Origin: Histomonas meleagridis 2922-C6/04-290x
Lineage: Eukaryota > Protista > Parabasalia
Assembly: GCA_020184695.1 (NCBI GenBank)
Contig: JAANOX010000084.1
Location: 46,568 to 110,567, forward strand
Direction: 5' to 3'
Length of the DNA stretch: 64,000 nt
The position numbers and the translations under genes are program-made. Shown piece by piece: positions 23,700 through 34,833 of the stretch. The stretch's first letter is position 1. Each line of letters begins with the position of its first letter. The notes beneath the pieces were generated by a model. It was not told the DNA's origin. It ran no database searches and worked only from the letters and a program-made list of their open reading frames with translations.

Positions 23700-24900
23700 T
23701 TGCCGAAGTATTTTCATTATTTCGCTGTGTTTAAACATTCTTGCAATGCGAACTGCTGTGTAAAATTTTACAAATAAATTCCAAATATTTTTTAGAAATT
23801 GTAAATTGTTATAACAAAAATTGATGAAAATAAAGAAACATCGCAAGCTTGTTCATCACTAGGATTATGTGAAGGAGTTTAACTACTTTAATTTGATTGC
23901 TTAAGCATGCCTTCATTAATGGTGTATAAATTTTTTTAAATGGATTCCAGGTATTATTTCGACAAATTAAATTATTTAATAAGATTCCATATAATATAAA
24001 TAAATATATAATTAGCATTAACATCAATTCCTTCATGTGAAAGTAATAATTTAACTAATTCAATATTATTTTTATTGCATGCAATCATAAATGCTGTATT
24101 AAATATTTTGAGCAAATTTGATGTATTGCTTATATATATAAAATTACTTTAAAAAAATTTATATAGTATAAATAAATGCATCAAGCAAAACGAAAAAATT
24201 TCTTTTCTGAAATGATATCTTTTATTTATTGATATCTTTTATTTCATTTATGAATATTTTAACTATATCTGTATTACCATTTTTAGCTGCATTAAAAAAT
24301 ATTTCTTCAAATATTTTAAAAATTTTATAAATATCCTTGCCTATTTTAATATATTTATAATTAACAAGGAAATTGAGAAGTTCTTTGTTTCCTGATAATG
24401 ATTTGATATCATCAAATTTTATCTTAATCGATTTTTTAGAAATAAGATATTGTAAAAGATACAAATTCCCTGCTTCGATCGATTTCATAATAATTTTTTT
24501 ATCAAGTTGAATTCCTTCTATTTCTAAAAACGCAAAAATTTTAAAATTATCATATAAAACACATTTTTTAATTAAATCTTCAAAATTATAATTTTTACAT
24601 CTTTTGTTGTTAATGATATTGGAATATATCATTTCGATGAAATTCGATAGCTATTTCTAAACGATTATTAAATTCTGCTAAACTTCATTGACAAGTTCGA
24701 ACAATTTCTTCGTTTCCACCTGCAACAGCATATTTATCCGTATTATTTAATGGTAAATCATTACTAAGTAAAAAATTAAAACATTTAATTGCTCCGAAAA
24801 ATGCTGCATAATCAATAAATGTAACATTATCCTTATTAATATATGAACATCTTTCATAAAGTGATGGTTCAATGACTTGAAAAAAATCAAAATAACCTTG
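23700..24900 (-). pseudogene. DUF3447-ankyrin pseudogene with inserts
   Basis: YERCSYI/AAFFGAIKC-like fragments with stops; ankyrin segments separated by inserts at 23935-24004 (70 nt) and 23769-23836 (68 nt). Confidence 0.75.
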
Positions 24901-25041
24901 TGACGTTATTCCAGTGATTTCTGGAACAACATTCTTTAATTACCCAAACATAACTATCGTTGTCCGCATTTTTTTTTTAAATTTGGAACATTTAATGCTA
25001 TTCTTAATAAAAGTTTAAAGAAATAAAACATTTCAAATAAT

Positions 25042-27795
25042 TTATGCATTATTAACTTCATCTGTTGACTTTCTGGCTCTCATTATTACCGCAAATACAA
25101 TTGCAGACAACGCAATCACAGGAACAGCAACGCTCAGTGCAATCGATACCGCCAGATTTCCTTCGGGGAAAACTCTTTCGATCAAATATTGCAGCGATGG
25201 ATTATCTTCATCTGATTGGAATGTCCATTCACCACTTTTCCCTTGAACATTTAGTGTTTGATTCTTTTCTCCCATGTAATTTATTGTCCAGATTGTTGGC
25301 TTTTCTTTTTCACCAAAGAACAAAGTTCCATTAAATTTAATATATTGGACCATCAGTGGCGCATTTCCCCAATTTCCTCCATAAAAGCTTCCGATTGATG
25401 TCCTTGCAGTGTTCCATTTTTGATTTGAATTCTTAAATTTACCTGCTATTACTAATAAGATCTTACTTGATGATTGAAGTTCATTATCATCTAAAGTGAC
25501 GATACCAACCGTTGCAGATTCATTCAAATTTTCATTCAATTTTAGATTCAATTTTAGTAGGTCTAAATCGACAGTTTCCGTCATCCGATTATTTCCAATA
25601 AAACCGGTAACTGTTTTATATTTCGTTGTGTTTACACGAAATGAAGCAGTCTCATTTGGATAAAATTTGGTATTTTTCCAAATAATTTCATCTGTTTCAA
25701 ATGAACCTTCATTTGATGCATTAATTTCACCACCAACAAAATTATATTCAATTTCACCAGAATTTGTATCTGCAATTTCTATCTCAAATCTTGAAGGATA
25801 ACCTTTTGGAATAGGTTTATCTTTAAATAAATCTGTATATATACTTTTCATATTTTTGTTAGCTGATTCAACTTTACTCTTTGGCACTTTTGTGTAAAGT
25901 ACTTGATTTGATTTCGAAACGTATTTTTGTCTAAATGCAAACGCACAAAACGGAGCAAGCGCAAAGTCAATTGGATTATCTTTCATATCGAAATAACCAC
26001 CGGAATATCCATTGTTAACATAACCAGAATGATCATAAGCAAATTGATATATTGCGTCCCAATCATAAAATGATGCCATTGCACCTAATATTGGGAACTT
26101 CTCATGTAAATGCTCATTTGGAAATGGATGGTTATACTCTGACAATGTATAAGGTTTGTTATATGGCCGAAATTGAGTTAATGAATTCATTGTCCCATAA
26201 CTAGTAGAATTAAACATTGGCAAATTGGTGATGGAAGAATATTGGTTTTCCCAACTATGACCTTCCTCGAATGAAGGATGTTGCCAATATGAATGTATAT
26301 CGAGAATATCTGAAATCTCATATTCACGTGTATATGATAAGAAAGTACCATAGTTACACTGTGAGTCTAAGATGTATAAGTCTTTAAAGCCAAGTTCGTT
26401 TTTGATGTAATTTGTAATATTGAGTTGAGTCGATTCTTCAGTGTCACGAATGAATAATCTGAAGTCAGATTGAGATAGCCTTGGCCAACTACTGTCAGGA
26501 ATCCCAATTGTATCGATAGTTGGTGTATCTCCCCAAAATTTAAATATTTCCATACCTTGATAAAGTTTGATATTCCGGATATGATATGTACCTGGAACAG
26601 CTCCAACAATGATTTTGAAGAGAATCTTATTAGAAGTTTCGACTGAGCTTTGAGTGGAAAATTTGGCCGTATATTTTGTCATAGTAGAAGTAAGAACAAT
26701 AATTGGTGAACTAACGTGAAAGGTACTGTATGGGCTACGATTCTCTTGAAGAGAAAATGAAATAGATATATCATTACCAGATGTATTTGGAATAGCAGAA
26801 CCTTCAAACTCAATAGTATAGGTAGTTTCTGCAGTGACATTAACACTATTGAAATGTAGTTGATTTGACCAAGTTTGAACTGGAACTGATTTAACATTAA
26901 AAGTATGTATTCCTGTTTCAGAATCAAAAGAATATTCAGTGTTAGTATCTGTTTGCCATGACCGAGTGGCATTTACTATAAGGTCATAACTACGGTCTAT
27001 GGGCTCATTGTTCCATGTTTTGTTGATTACAGAAAAACCGTCGGACGATGGATAATTTTTTCGAAGCCAATTGTGCCATTGCTTAAGGAGTTCTGTTTCA
27101 AAAACAGTACCAGCTATATAGGGATACTTAGTTGTGAGGTCAAACATGGAATTTTCATTGTTTAGTTCTATGTTTAATATCATTGGATCATCACCAAGTG
27201 TATGTTTTGTATAGTTGTTATATGAACCAACAAGATCATGAGCATACTTCAATTGATCACGGATAAAAGGAGGATAGTAACGATCAAGACCTTTTGCATA
27301 AGAGAAATTATTTTGAAGTTCTTTAGTAAATTCAGGTTCAGGATATACACGACTGACATGAAGATTGATGTTGGCATAGATTCCATTCTCGCCAAGACAA
27401 TAAAGAAAATAATGTAATCTATCAAGCTTTTGTTCACTGAGTTTGGATTCAGCATTGTTTTCCCAGATATTATAATTATCCATATGATGAAAACGAACAA
27501 GGTTAATTCCTAATTGTGCTATTCTTTTTGCAAGATAGGGTGCAATGGATTTATCTGGAAATCCTGCAGCATAGCAAAAATTTATTCCAAAAAAGCGAAT
27601 TGGTGTTCCATCTGGTCTTACGAAGTGACCATCTTTTATGGAAATTTTCTGATTTGCTCTTTGGTTCATATATGATAAATCAATCGTAGCATTTTCTGAA
27701 AAATTTAAAAATATATTCGGAAATTCATACCAGTGGTTACCTTCGGAATCGATTTCCATTGCTATGTGTAATCCAAAAAACAAAACAAGCAACAT
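25042..27795 (-). CDS. Membrane-anchored glycoside hydrolase (GH5-like TIM barrel with inserted CBM4/9-like domain)
   Basis: Signal-like MLLVLFFGLHIA; GINF...NLVRFHHMD, ELNNENS and LSEY clan-A motifs; beta-sandwich insert; C-terminal TM helix followed by RARK. Confidence 0.75.
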   Translation of the reverse strand: MLLVLFFGLHIAMEIDSEGNHWYEFPNIFLNFSENATIDLSYMNQRANQKISIKDGHFVRPDGTPIRFFGINFCYAAGFPDKSIAPYLAKRIAQLGINLVRFHHMDNYNIWENNAESKLSEQKLDRLHYFLYCLGENGIYANINLHVSRVYPEPEFTKELQNNFSYAKGLDRYYPPFIRDQLKYAHDLVGSYNNYTKHTLGDDPMILNIELNNENSMFDLTTKYPYIAGTVFETELLKQWHNWLRKNYPSSDGFSVINKTWNNEPIDRSYDLIVNATRSWQTDTNTEYSFDSETGIHTFNVKSVPVQTWSNQLHFNSVNVTAETTYTIEFEGSAIPNTSGNDISISFSLQENRSPYSTFHVSSPIIVLTSTMTKYTAKFSTQSSVETSNKILFKIIVGAVPGTYHIRNIKLYQGMEIFKFWGDTPTIDTIGIPDSSWPRLSQSDFRLFIRDTEESTQLNITNYIKNELGFKDLYILDSQCNYGTFLSYTREYEISDILDIHSYWQHPSFEEGHSWENQYSSITNLPMFNSTSYGTMNSLTQFRPYNKPYTLSEYNHPFPNEHLHEKFPILGAMASFYDWDAIYQFAYDHSGYVNNGYSGGYFDMKDNPIDFALAPFCAFAFRQKYVSKSNQVLYTKVPKSKVESANKNMKSIYTDLFKDKPIPKGYPSRFEIEIADTNSGEIEYNFVGGEINASNEGSFETDEIIWKNTKFYPNETASFRVNTTKYKTVTGFIGNNRMTETVDLDLLKLNLKLNENLNESATVGIVTLDDNELQSSSKILLVIAGKFKNSNQKWNTARTSIGSFYGGNWGNAPLMVQYIKFNGTLFFGEKEKPTIWTINYMGEKNQTLNVQGKSGEWTFQSDEDNPSLQYLIERVFPEGNLAVSIALSVAVPVIALSAIVFAVIMRARKSTDEVNNA

Positions 27796-28093
27796 TTTCT
27801 TGAAGGAACTGGGTTGAACGAAACCGTTTTTACAGACATTTTTCTGTGAAAAACGATTACTCCAAAACAATTTCAATGGCTAGCCATCCAAGTAACCGTC
27901 TTTTATCCACGATTGATAATTGAATTGACTTTGATCGTCAAAATGATTTTTATATAGATTTTTCCCATGCATTTCTGATGCAAAATTAATAATTTTCATT
28001 TATTTTGAAATTGAATGATCCTCAGTAAAGGTTGAACTTAAAAATAAATTAGAGAGAATATTGAATTTCGATAATCGAAGTCAAATGCAAAAT

Positions 28094-28887
28094 GTATAAT
28101 ACAAATAAATATAATACAAATAAATATAATGCAAATAAATATAATGCAAATAAATATAATACAAATAAATATAATGCAAATAAATATAATACAAATAAAT
28201 ATAATACAAATAAATATAATACAAATAAATATAATACAAATAAATATAATACAAATAAATATAATACAAATAAATATAATACAAATAAATATAATACAAA
28301 TAAATATAATACAAATAAATATAATGCAAATAAATATAATACAAATAAATATAATACAAATAAATATAATACAAATAAATATAATACAAATAAATATAAT
28401 ACAAATAAATATAATACAAATAAATATAATACAAATAAATATAATACAAATAAATATAATACAAATAAATATAATACAAATAAATATAATACAAATAAAT
28501 ATAATACAAATAAATATAATACAAATAAATATAATACAAATAAATATAATGCAAATAAATATAATACAAATAAATATAATACAAATAAATATAATACAAA
28601 TAAATATAATACAAATAAATATAATACAAATAAATATAATACAAATAAATATAATACAATTAAATATAATTCAAGTGAATTTAATGCAAATAGAGATAAT
28701 ACAAATAAATATAATACAAAAATAAATATAATACAAATAAATATAATACAAATAAATATAATACAAATAAATATAATACAAATAAATATAATACAAATAA
28801 ATATAATACAAATAAATATAATACAAATAAATATAATACAAATAAATATAATACAAATAAATATAATACAAATAAATATAATACAAA
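28094..28887. repeat. 15-bp minisatellite (AATACAAATAAATAT), ~50 copies in two blocks
   Basis: Directly visible; occasional A>G variant; irregular break at ~28660-28720. Confidence 0.97.
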
Positions 28888-28991
28888 TTCTTTAAATTCT
28901 TTTCCCGATTTCGAACGTTTAAAACATTTATTCAATTGCCATAACTTTAGCATTGTGTGACTTCCTTCAAAAACAAAATCGAATTCATTTA

Positions 28992-30401
28992 TTACATTTC
29001 CTCCTCCGTTCCGATGTATTCTCTCACGTTATCGAACAGTTGCTGTGCCTTAAAACTTTCGTCCATTTCCATCACTTCTTCGTAGTACTCGCACATCACG
29101 TACTGCTGCAGCTCCTCCGCCAGCTCGCTCAAGAATTCGGTCATTTCTCGACATTTTGCGAACACATTCACGAAAATTGACACAATGAAAACATTCAAAT
29201 TCAGTTCGCACGACAGCATCAAATTCCCCAAAATGCCGACCAACTCCTTCGATATTACAATTGGTATATGTTCAGGTAATATAACGAAAACGATTCTTTC
29301 GAGTGTTCGCGTGATTTTTTGCTGTAACATAAATGACGAAATGTTATACAAAGTAACGAAATCAATTTTAGTACATAATATATCAGACAATTGAGGAATG
29401 TAATCATTAGTTAAATCAATCCAATTTGAAATGAATGTGAAACATGAAGAAATTAAATCATTAGCATAAAGATTATTCGATATAATATCACGAATCATAG
29501 TCAGTATGTCATTAGTTATCATTTGTGATTTTGCTATGTCATCAATACAACATTCAGATAATAAGTTAATGATATTAATGTAATGTTTTGTAGATGAATT
29601 AAGTAATGATTCCGCTAATATAAATATGTAATTGTTATTAATTAAATATTGTATAAACTCATTGCAGCCATTGATAAGCATCGTGTTGAACCCTTTAATT
29701 ATCATTTTCCGTAAATTAATGGTTTGCGTGTTGTCATTAATATATCGATTATAATTCGGTTCTATGGAATATTGTACAAGCGTTTCTGTAATAAATTGTT
29801 CATAGCCATTGGGATATGGTGCTTTTTCAAGTGAACAAATTAATGCCCAGATCTTCTCTTTAATGTCATATGGTTGGCATAATGAAACACTTTTAAGAAC
29901 TTGGGTTTCAAACATACAATCTCGAAAGATTTTGGAATGTTGACAATTGTTGCCAATGATCAAAAGTGCTATCGTTCTGTATCGGAGGTTATCGGTATTC
30001 AAAAAGTGGATGAGCATTGGGGGGCACTGATTAGCTAATAAAAGTTCAGAATACTCAGGATTCGCTGTTTGGGCAAGAATTGTGAGAACATCATCTTGAT
30101 ATTGAACATTTTGTAGTAAAAAAAATAAGCGGTTAATATGGAGAGGACCTAAAAAACCAATGATTTTAGTCTTAAGAATTGATACTTGATTTCGTAAATC
30201 TTTTAAGCCAAGAATAGACCTTTCTGGTTCTTCTGAAATCAAGTCTTCTAATATGCTTTCAGTGTTTTGGATTTGTTCTTCAGTTAAATTAAGGGAATCA
30301 ATATGTTTTGGGTTGCTTGAAGTAACTGGTATTCCTCTGAGAGCTTGCTCTACCCTTTGCTGCCTCATATTTTTATATGAAAATTGTCGCTTAAAATCCA
30401 T
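28992..30401 (-). CDS. Importin-alpha-like ARM-repeat protein
   Basis: Basic IBB-like N-terminus (RQQRVEQALR), ARM-like ALLIIGNNC and WISNW-type repeats, acidic tail. Confidence 0.65.
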   Translation of the reverse strand: MDFKRQFSYKNMRQQRVEQALRGIPVTSSNPKHIDSLNLTEEQIQNTESILEDLISEEPERSILGLKDLRNQVSILKTKIIGFLGPLHINRLFFLLQNVQYQDDVLTILAQTANPEYSELLLANQCPPMLIHFLNTDNLRYRTIALLIIGNNCQHSKIFRDCMFETQVLKSVSLCQPYDIKEKIWALICSLEKAPYPNGYEQFITETLVQYSIEPNYNRYINDNTQTINLRKMIIKGFNTMLINGCNEFIQYLINNNYIFILAESLLNSSTKHYINIINLLSECCIDDIAKSQMITNDILTMIRDIISNNLYANDLISSCFTFISNWIDLTNDYIPQLSDILCTKIDFVTLYNISSFMLQQKITRTLERIVFVILPEHIPIVISKELVGILGNLMLSCELNLNVFIVSIFVNVFAKCREMTEFLSELAEELQQYVMCEYYEEVMEMDESFKAQQLFDNVREYIGTEEEM

Positions 30402-30559
30402 GCATTAATGAAGTGTTTAATATAAAAAGTGCCATATGAAAAAAGTGAATTCACTGGGAACGTTATAATGGTACACCCCAAAATAACTTTTTGTATGCAT
30501 TTTGATCTGTTTTTGTTAAAGGAAAATCCTAAAAAGATGGAGGGTTTCAATCAAAAATT

Positions 30560-31040
30560 ATAGATGATGAATTGGAAATACCTTTATATTATAACAAAAT
30601 TATTTTTAGTTTAAATAATGAAAATATTAAGGAAACAGCAAATTTAATCATGAACAAGTTTAATATTAATTATCAATTAACCAATAATCTAGTCATTAGT
30701 CAAATTACATATACTTTGTTTGTGATAAAAATGGATAATTATGATAAATATTTTAATTTTTTAAGTGAAATTAAAAAAATTTAAGATAATATCCAAGGCA
30801 AATCAAATATTTTTGATATATTTTGACGTTTACTTGAACGAAAAGGTATTGATATCAATGATAAAGATATTATTTTATTATATTTATTTTTTCTTTTCAT
30901 TTTTTGGTGTGTGAAAATAATATTTGGAAATTATTCAAATTATTTAAAACAGAGCTTATGGGGGCATCTGAAAGAGGATACGCTGAAATAGTTAAATTGC
31001 TTCTAGAACAAGAAGGAATTGATACTAATAATAAATAAAT
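30560..31040 (+). pseudogene. Ankyrin gene remnant containing one 68-nt insert (30872-30939)
   Basis: GIDINDKDI-[insert]-LFKTELMGASERGYAEIVKLLLEQEGID; the upstream part is scrambled. Confidence 0.7.
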
Positions 31041-31465
31041 ATTTAATCATCATACACAAGAATATTTTAAATATTTTTCTAATTAAAATGAGTTCAAATC
31101 AAAGGTGTGAGAGAAAAGCATTTATCCAAATCATACAACATTTTTCCAAGCAGAAGCATTGATAATAGGAAAAATGAAAGACAAAAAAATTATTATATTT
31201 GTTACCCATAATTCTTTCTTCCATTTCCATCTCATTCAAAAAGTCCTAATAAACAGTTGAACACTAGAGACAGTGTACACTAAATTAAACATGTTCACCT
31301 TCTTTATCTATTAAAGGAAAGTACATTTTAAGGATAGCATTCATAAGCTCTTTTATATGTCAAACGAAACAATTTATTATGAATATATTTATTCAAGTAA
31401 AAGTTTTCTTAAAATTTGCGAACATTAAAACAAAAAAAAAAATTCTTTCAAACAATTTTTATATA

Positions 31466-33991
31466 TTAAATAACAATTTTATTTTGTCCATTATTCTTAT
31501 TCTTACTTATATTTTCAGCCAAAAGGTTCACCAAATTTTCCAAGATCAACAATTCTCTTTCACAATTTTCCTGATTCATTTCCACGTTTATCCCTTTTCT
31601 TATTATATTTAACATGAATTGCATATAATCCAACAAATTCCGATATTCATAAAACAAATTTGTTGATAAAACGTTTGAATTAAACATCTCATCAACGATT
31701 CTAATTTTACTTTCGATTCTTGCTTCCAATAAATTTCCCAAGAAAATATTCGGCTTCTTCATATCATTAAACCATTGTATGAACAATGTCCAATGTTTTT
31801 TAATTTGTTTCATATTCAACGAAATGTTTTCTATTTGTTTTGTTAATTGGAATGGTAATTCGATTGTATAGAAATGGAATGATAAATTATCCATTGCAGC
31901 GAGCATTGATTCGATTGTTATTCCATTTCCTTTCGAGAAGTCAATAGCATTACGATGTAACTCAAAGATTTCATCTAAACTTCCATTGAATCCTAAACTT
32001 TGAATTATAGATACAAAACATTCGAAATCAACATTACTATTTTTATCTTTGATTAATTTCTTACTTTGGAATAATAAGCGAATTGCATTACGTCGTTTGA
32101 TTCGTTCATTTCGATAATATTTTAAGAGAATTAAACTGAATTGTGAAAAATCGATTTTTTCATTGACTTCAAAATTCTTTAATTCTTCATAAAGTGTTTT
32201 AGTAATTGGAGTTTTAGAGCCAAGAATCTTCGCAATGAATTCTTGACATGTTCCAATTGGTAAATTAATAACTTGTTGTGTTTCATTCTCATAATCATTG
32301 ATTAAAAATGTCCGCATCTCTAAAAAAAAACTTAATTCATCAACAGTAAATTTCTCATATAAAAATTTCTTAAATAATTTCGTTTCAGGTTTTTCATCTG
32401 TTTCAATAATATGAATTATTCGTTTGCATTTTTGGATGCAACGAAACATTCCTTTGTTCTCTTGATAATAATATGAAACTAGAAATTCTGGAAATCGAAT
32501 TAACGTTTTCCCCATTCGATGATGCCATTGATCTGATAAATATTTATATGTATATAATTGTCGAATAGTTTTATGGAAATTTGTTATTGCGTTTTGATTA
32601 ATTTCTTTTTTGTCTTTGTTATTATTCGTAATTGGTCCAATTAATTGGATAATTCGTGGTTGTAAATTAACTTGTTTTTGTGTTGGCTCTTGTTTGTTTT
32701 TGGTCGTCGAATCTAATGATTCAATTAATTTGATAATTTCATCAACTTTAACATCTAATGCATGAAGCATCTTTTTCGAATCACAACTTATTAATAATTG
32801 ATCAATCTCAGTTTCATCTTTGGATTTGATAAGAAATTCTTTGGAATTGTTGTTTTGAAGAAAATCAGTAAGTAAATCCGTGATTTTGGATAACTTTTGA
32901 TTAATGTGTAAATATTGAGATGGATCCGTTTTGGTGGTTTGATCGGCATTTTCTGAAAAAGTGGTATCGTCGGAGGCTTTTTCTTTGGATTTTTCTTCTT
33001 CTTGTTCTGTTCTGACGGAAAGTTGAAGCTTTTGTTGAAGTTCTTCATTAGACTTTTCAACAATCGATTTGCCTTCTTCAATTTCTTGTAGACGTTTTTG
33101 AAGATTGGAAATGTGATTATTAAGTTTTAATATCTCATTGTCACGATTCTGAAGTTTCTTCTTTAGCGATGATTGCTTTTGTTTGAGGTCTTCAAGAGTC
33201 GTATAAACAGTATCATTTTGAAAAACTTGAAATACACGATGAAGAGCTTTTACATGTTCTTCAAGTTGAACTTTTTGTTCAAGAAATCTTTTCATTGACG
33301 TGTCATATTCATCTTTTTTTTCATTTACTTCTTGTTTATATTCAGAAATTTGTTTATCATAATCTTCTTTTGCTTCTCTAATTCGATCAGAAGCACTAGA
33401 AATAACTTTACTTAAATTGCTTTCAAGACTGGCATTCGTTGCATTGAGTTTTTCGATCTCTTTTCGACATTGATCAGATTCTGATTCTAACTTTTTAAAA
33501 ATTTGTGCATAAGAATAACGTGCACGTTCAATTAATTCGCTTTGTTGACGATTTTCTGCTCTTAATTGGTTAATAATTTGATCAAGAAGCAAATCTGTTG
33601 CTGCTTGTAAAGAATTAATTTGTTCAATATCATCAAATCCCGTAATTGTATCTATAGTTCTGTCATATTGTTCCGCAATTTCTTGGATTTCTTTCCTACT
33701 TGCATAATGATCTTTAGCATCCGGATCTGAATGTGCCCATGTATAATCAGAAAATCTCACTGCATACATTCCATCATCTTTTCGACCAGACTTTGGTCGT
33801 ATTTTAGAATATGATGGAGTTCTTTTTGGAATATTTGGGCGATGAACTTTAATTCCTTCTGTTTCAAATGGAAGAGTGGGTGTATCGATTCGATTTTTTT
33901 GATGAGATATTTTATGATTTCCTTCTGGTGGATATTCTCTTCCTTTTAACGATTGACATACGAGAATCGAAGAAGGACCCGAATCACCCAT
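31466..33991 (-). CDS. Coiled-coil protein with axonemal-dynein-light-chain-like N-terminal region and TSNAXIP1/EF-hand-like C-terminus
   Basis: LLLDQIINQLRAEN...ELIERAR; long heptad region; FPEFLVSYY; paired EF-like helices. Confidence 0.5.
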   Translation of the reverse strand: MGDSGPSSILVCQSLKGREYPPEGNHKISHQKNRIDTPTLPFETEGIKVHRPNIPKRTPSYSKIRPKSGRKDDGMYAVRFSDYTWAHSDPDAKDHYASRKEIQEIAEQYDRTIDTITGFDDIEQINSLQAATDLLLDQIINQLRAENRQQSELIERARYSYAQIFKKLESESDQCRKEIEKLNATNASLESNLSKVISSASDRIREAKEDYDKQISEYKQEVNEKKDEYDTSMKRFLEQKVQLEEHVKALHRVFQVFQNDTVYTTLEDLKQKQSSLKKKLQNRDNEILKLNNHISNLQKRLQEIEEGKSIVEKSNEELQQKLQLSVRTEQEEEKSKEKASDDTTFSENADQTTKTDPSQYLHINQKLSKITDLLTDFLQNNNSKEFLIKSKDETEIDQLLISCDSKKMLHALDVKVDEIIKLIESLDSTTKNKQEPTQKQVNLQPRIIQLIGPITNNNKDKKEINQNAITNFHKTIRQLYTYKYLSDQWHHRMGKTLIRFPEFLVSYYYQENKGMFRCIQKCKRIIHIIETDEKPETKLFKKFLYEKFTVDELSFFLEMRTFLINDYENETQQVINLPIGTCQEFIAKILGSKTPITKTLYEELKNFEVNEKIDFSQFSLILLKYYRNERIKRRNAIRLLFQSKKLIKDKNSNVDFECFVSIIQSLGFNGSLDEIFELHRNAIDFSKGNGITIESMLAAMDNLSFHFYTIELPFQLTKQIENISLNMKQIKKHWTLFIQWFNDMKKPNIFLGNLLEARIESKIRIVDEMFNSNVLSTNLFYEYRNLLDYMQFMLNIIRKGINVEMNQENCERELLILENLVNLLAENISKNKNNGQNKIVI

Positions 33992-34171
33992 AAAATAACG
34001 TATTTCAACTATTGAAAAAAAATTAACAATGACTGTGAAATTACCAAAAAACAAATAGCTTTATTTATCCAAAAATAAATCAATTAAAGCATCCTTAATT
34101 AAACAGAAAACAAGAACTAACCAGAATTTTATAATTATGTCAAAACAAAACAATGTTTGTGTTATTCATAA

Positions 34172-34786
34172 TTATTTTTTAGACCTGTTTTCACTGATTA
34201 CTTGGTTCATTCGAGAAAACTTTGATAACGTAGAGAAGGAATAATGTGCATGAAGTGAATTAAGAATGGATTTGATCTTTTCTTTAACTGAGTATAAATC
34301 AGGTGATTCATAACTTAATTCAAAGAATGAATCACCGCTTGGGAAAATGGCTTCATCGGCTTTTAGTAAGATTTCATCAATTGTAAATAATCTTTTGATC
34401 ACACGAAATTCTCCAATTTGACAAAATTGTGAATTTTTATATAAATTCAATTTGGAACTTATTGACTTTGGGAGTATGTTATACTTAAAAAATTGAGATG
34501 GATTATTAAAAATACCAGTAATTTCATCTGCTGATAAAATTGCTGATGCTACATAAGATGTATTTAGCTTTGATTTGAATCTGAACTCCCATTGGGGAGG
34601 AAAATTCTGAGATTGAATTGAACGAAGTCGAGCAATTTTATTATTGTTCATAAGTTGACGATCTTCTGTATCATAATAAAAATATTGAAACTCAACAGTC
34701 CCAATTAATTTATCATTTAAACTTTGTATAACTGTAGAATATGTATTTGAATCAACAATAATTTTTTCAAGTTTTGGAACTTGCAT
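34172..34786 (-). CDS. CYTH / triphosphate tunnel metalloenzyme domain protein
   Basis: LEKII start motif, YFYYDTEDRQL, ARLR, EFRFK, FFELSYE. Confidence 0.7.
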   Translation of the reverse strand: MQVPKLEKIIVDSNTYSTVIQSLNDKLIGTVEFQYFYYDTEDRQLMNNNKIARLRSIQSQNFPPQWEFRFKSKLNTSYVASAILSADEITGIFNNPSQFFKYNILPKSISSKLNLYKNSQFCQIGEFRVIKRLFTIDEILLKADEAIFPSGDSFFELSYESPDLYSVKEKIKSILNSLHAHYSFSTLSKFSRMNQVISENRSKK

Positions 34787-34833
34787 TTTTTGGCTGAACT
34801 TTTGGAGCACCCCAAAAATATCAAAAGTGGCAA

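Noticed and set aside
28081-28953. Long ORFs (YNTNK, IIQIN, YYIYL repeats)
   Set aside because: Artefacts of a stop-free 15-bp minisatellite.
34111-34124. ACTAACCAG resembling a parabasalid branch point and 3' splice site
   Set aside because: Intergenic, on the strand opposite both flanking genes, with no exons to join.
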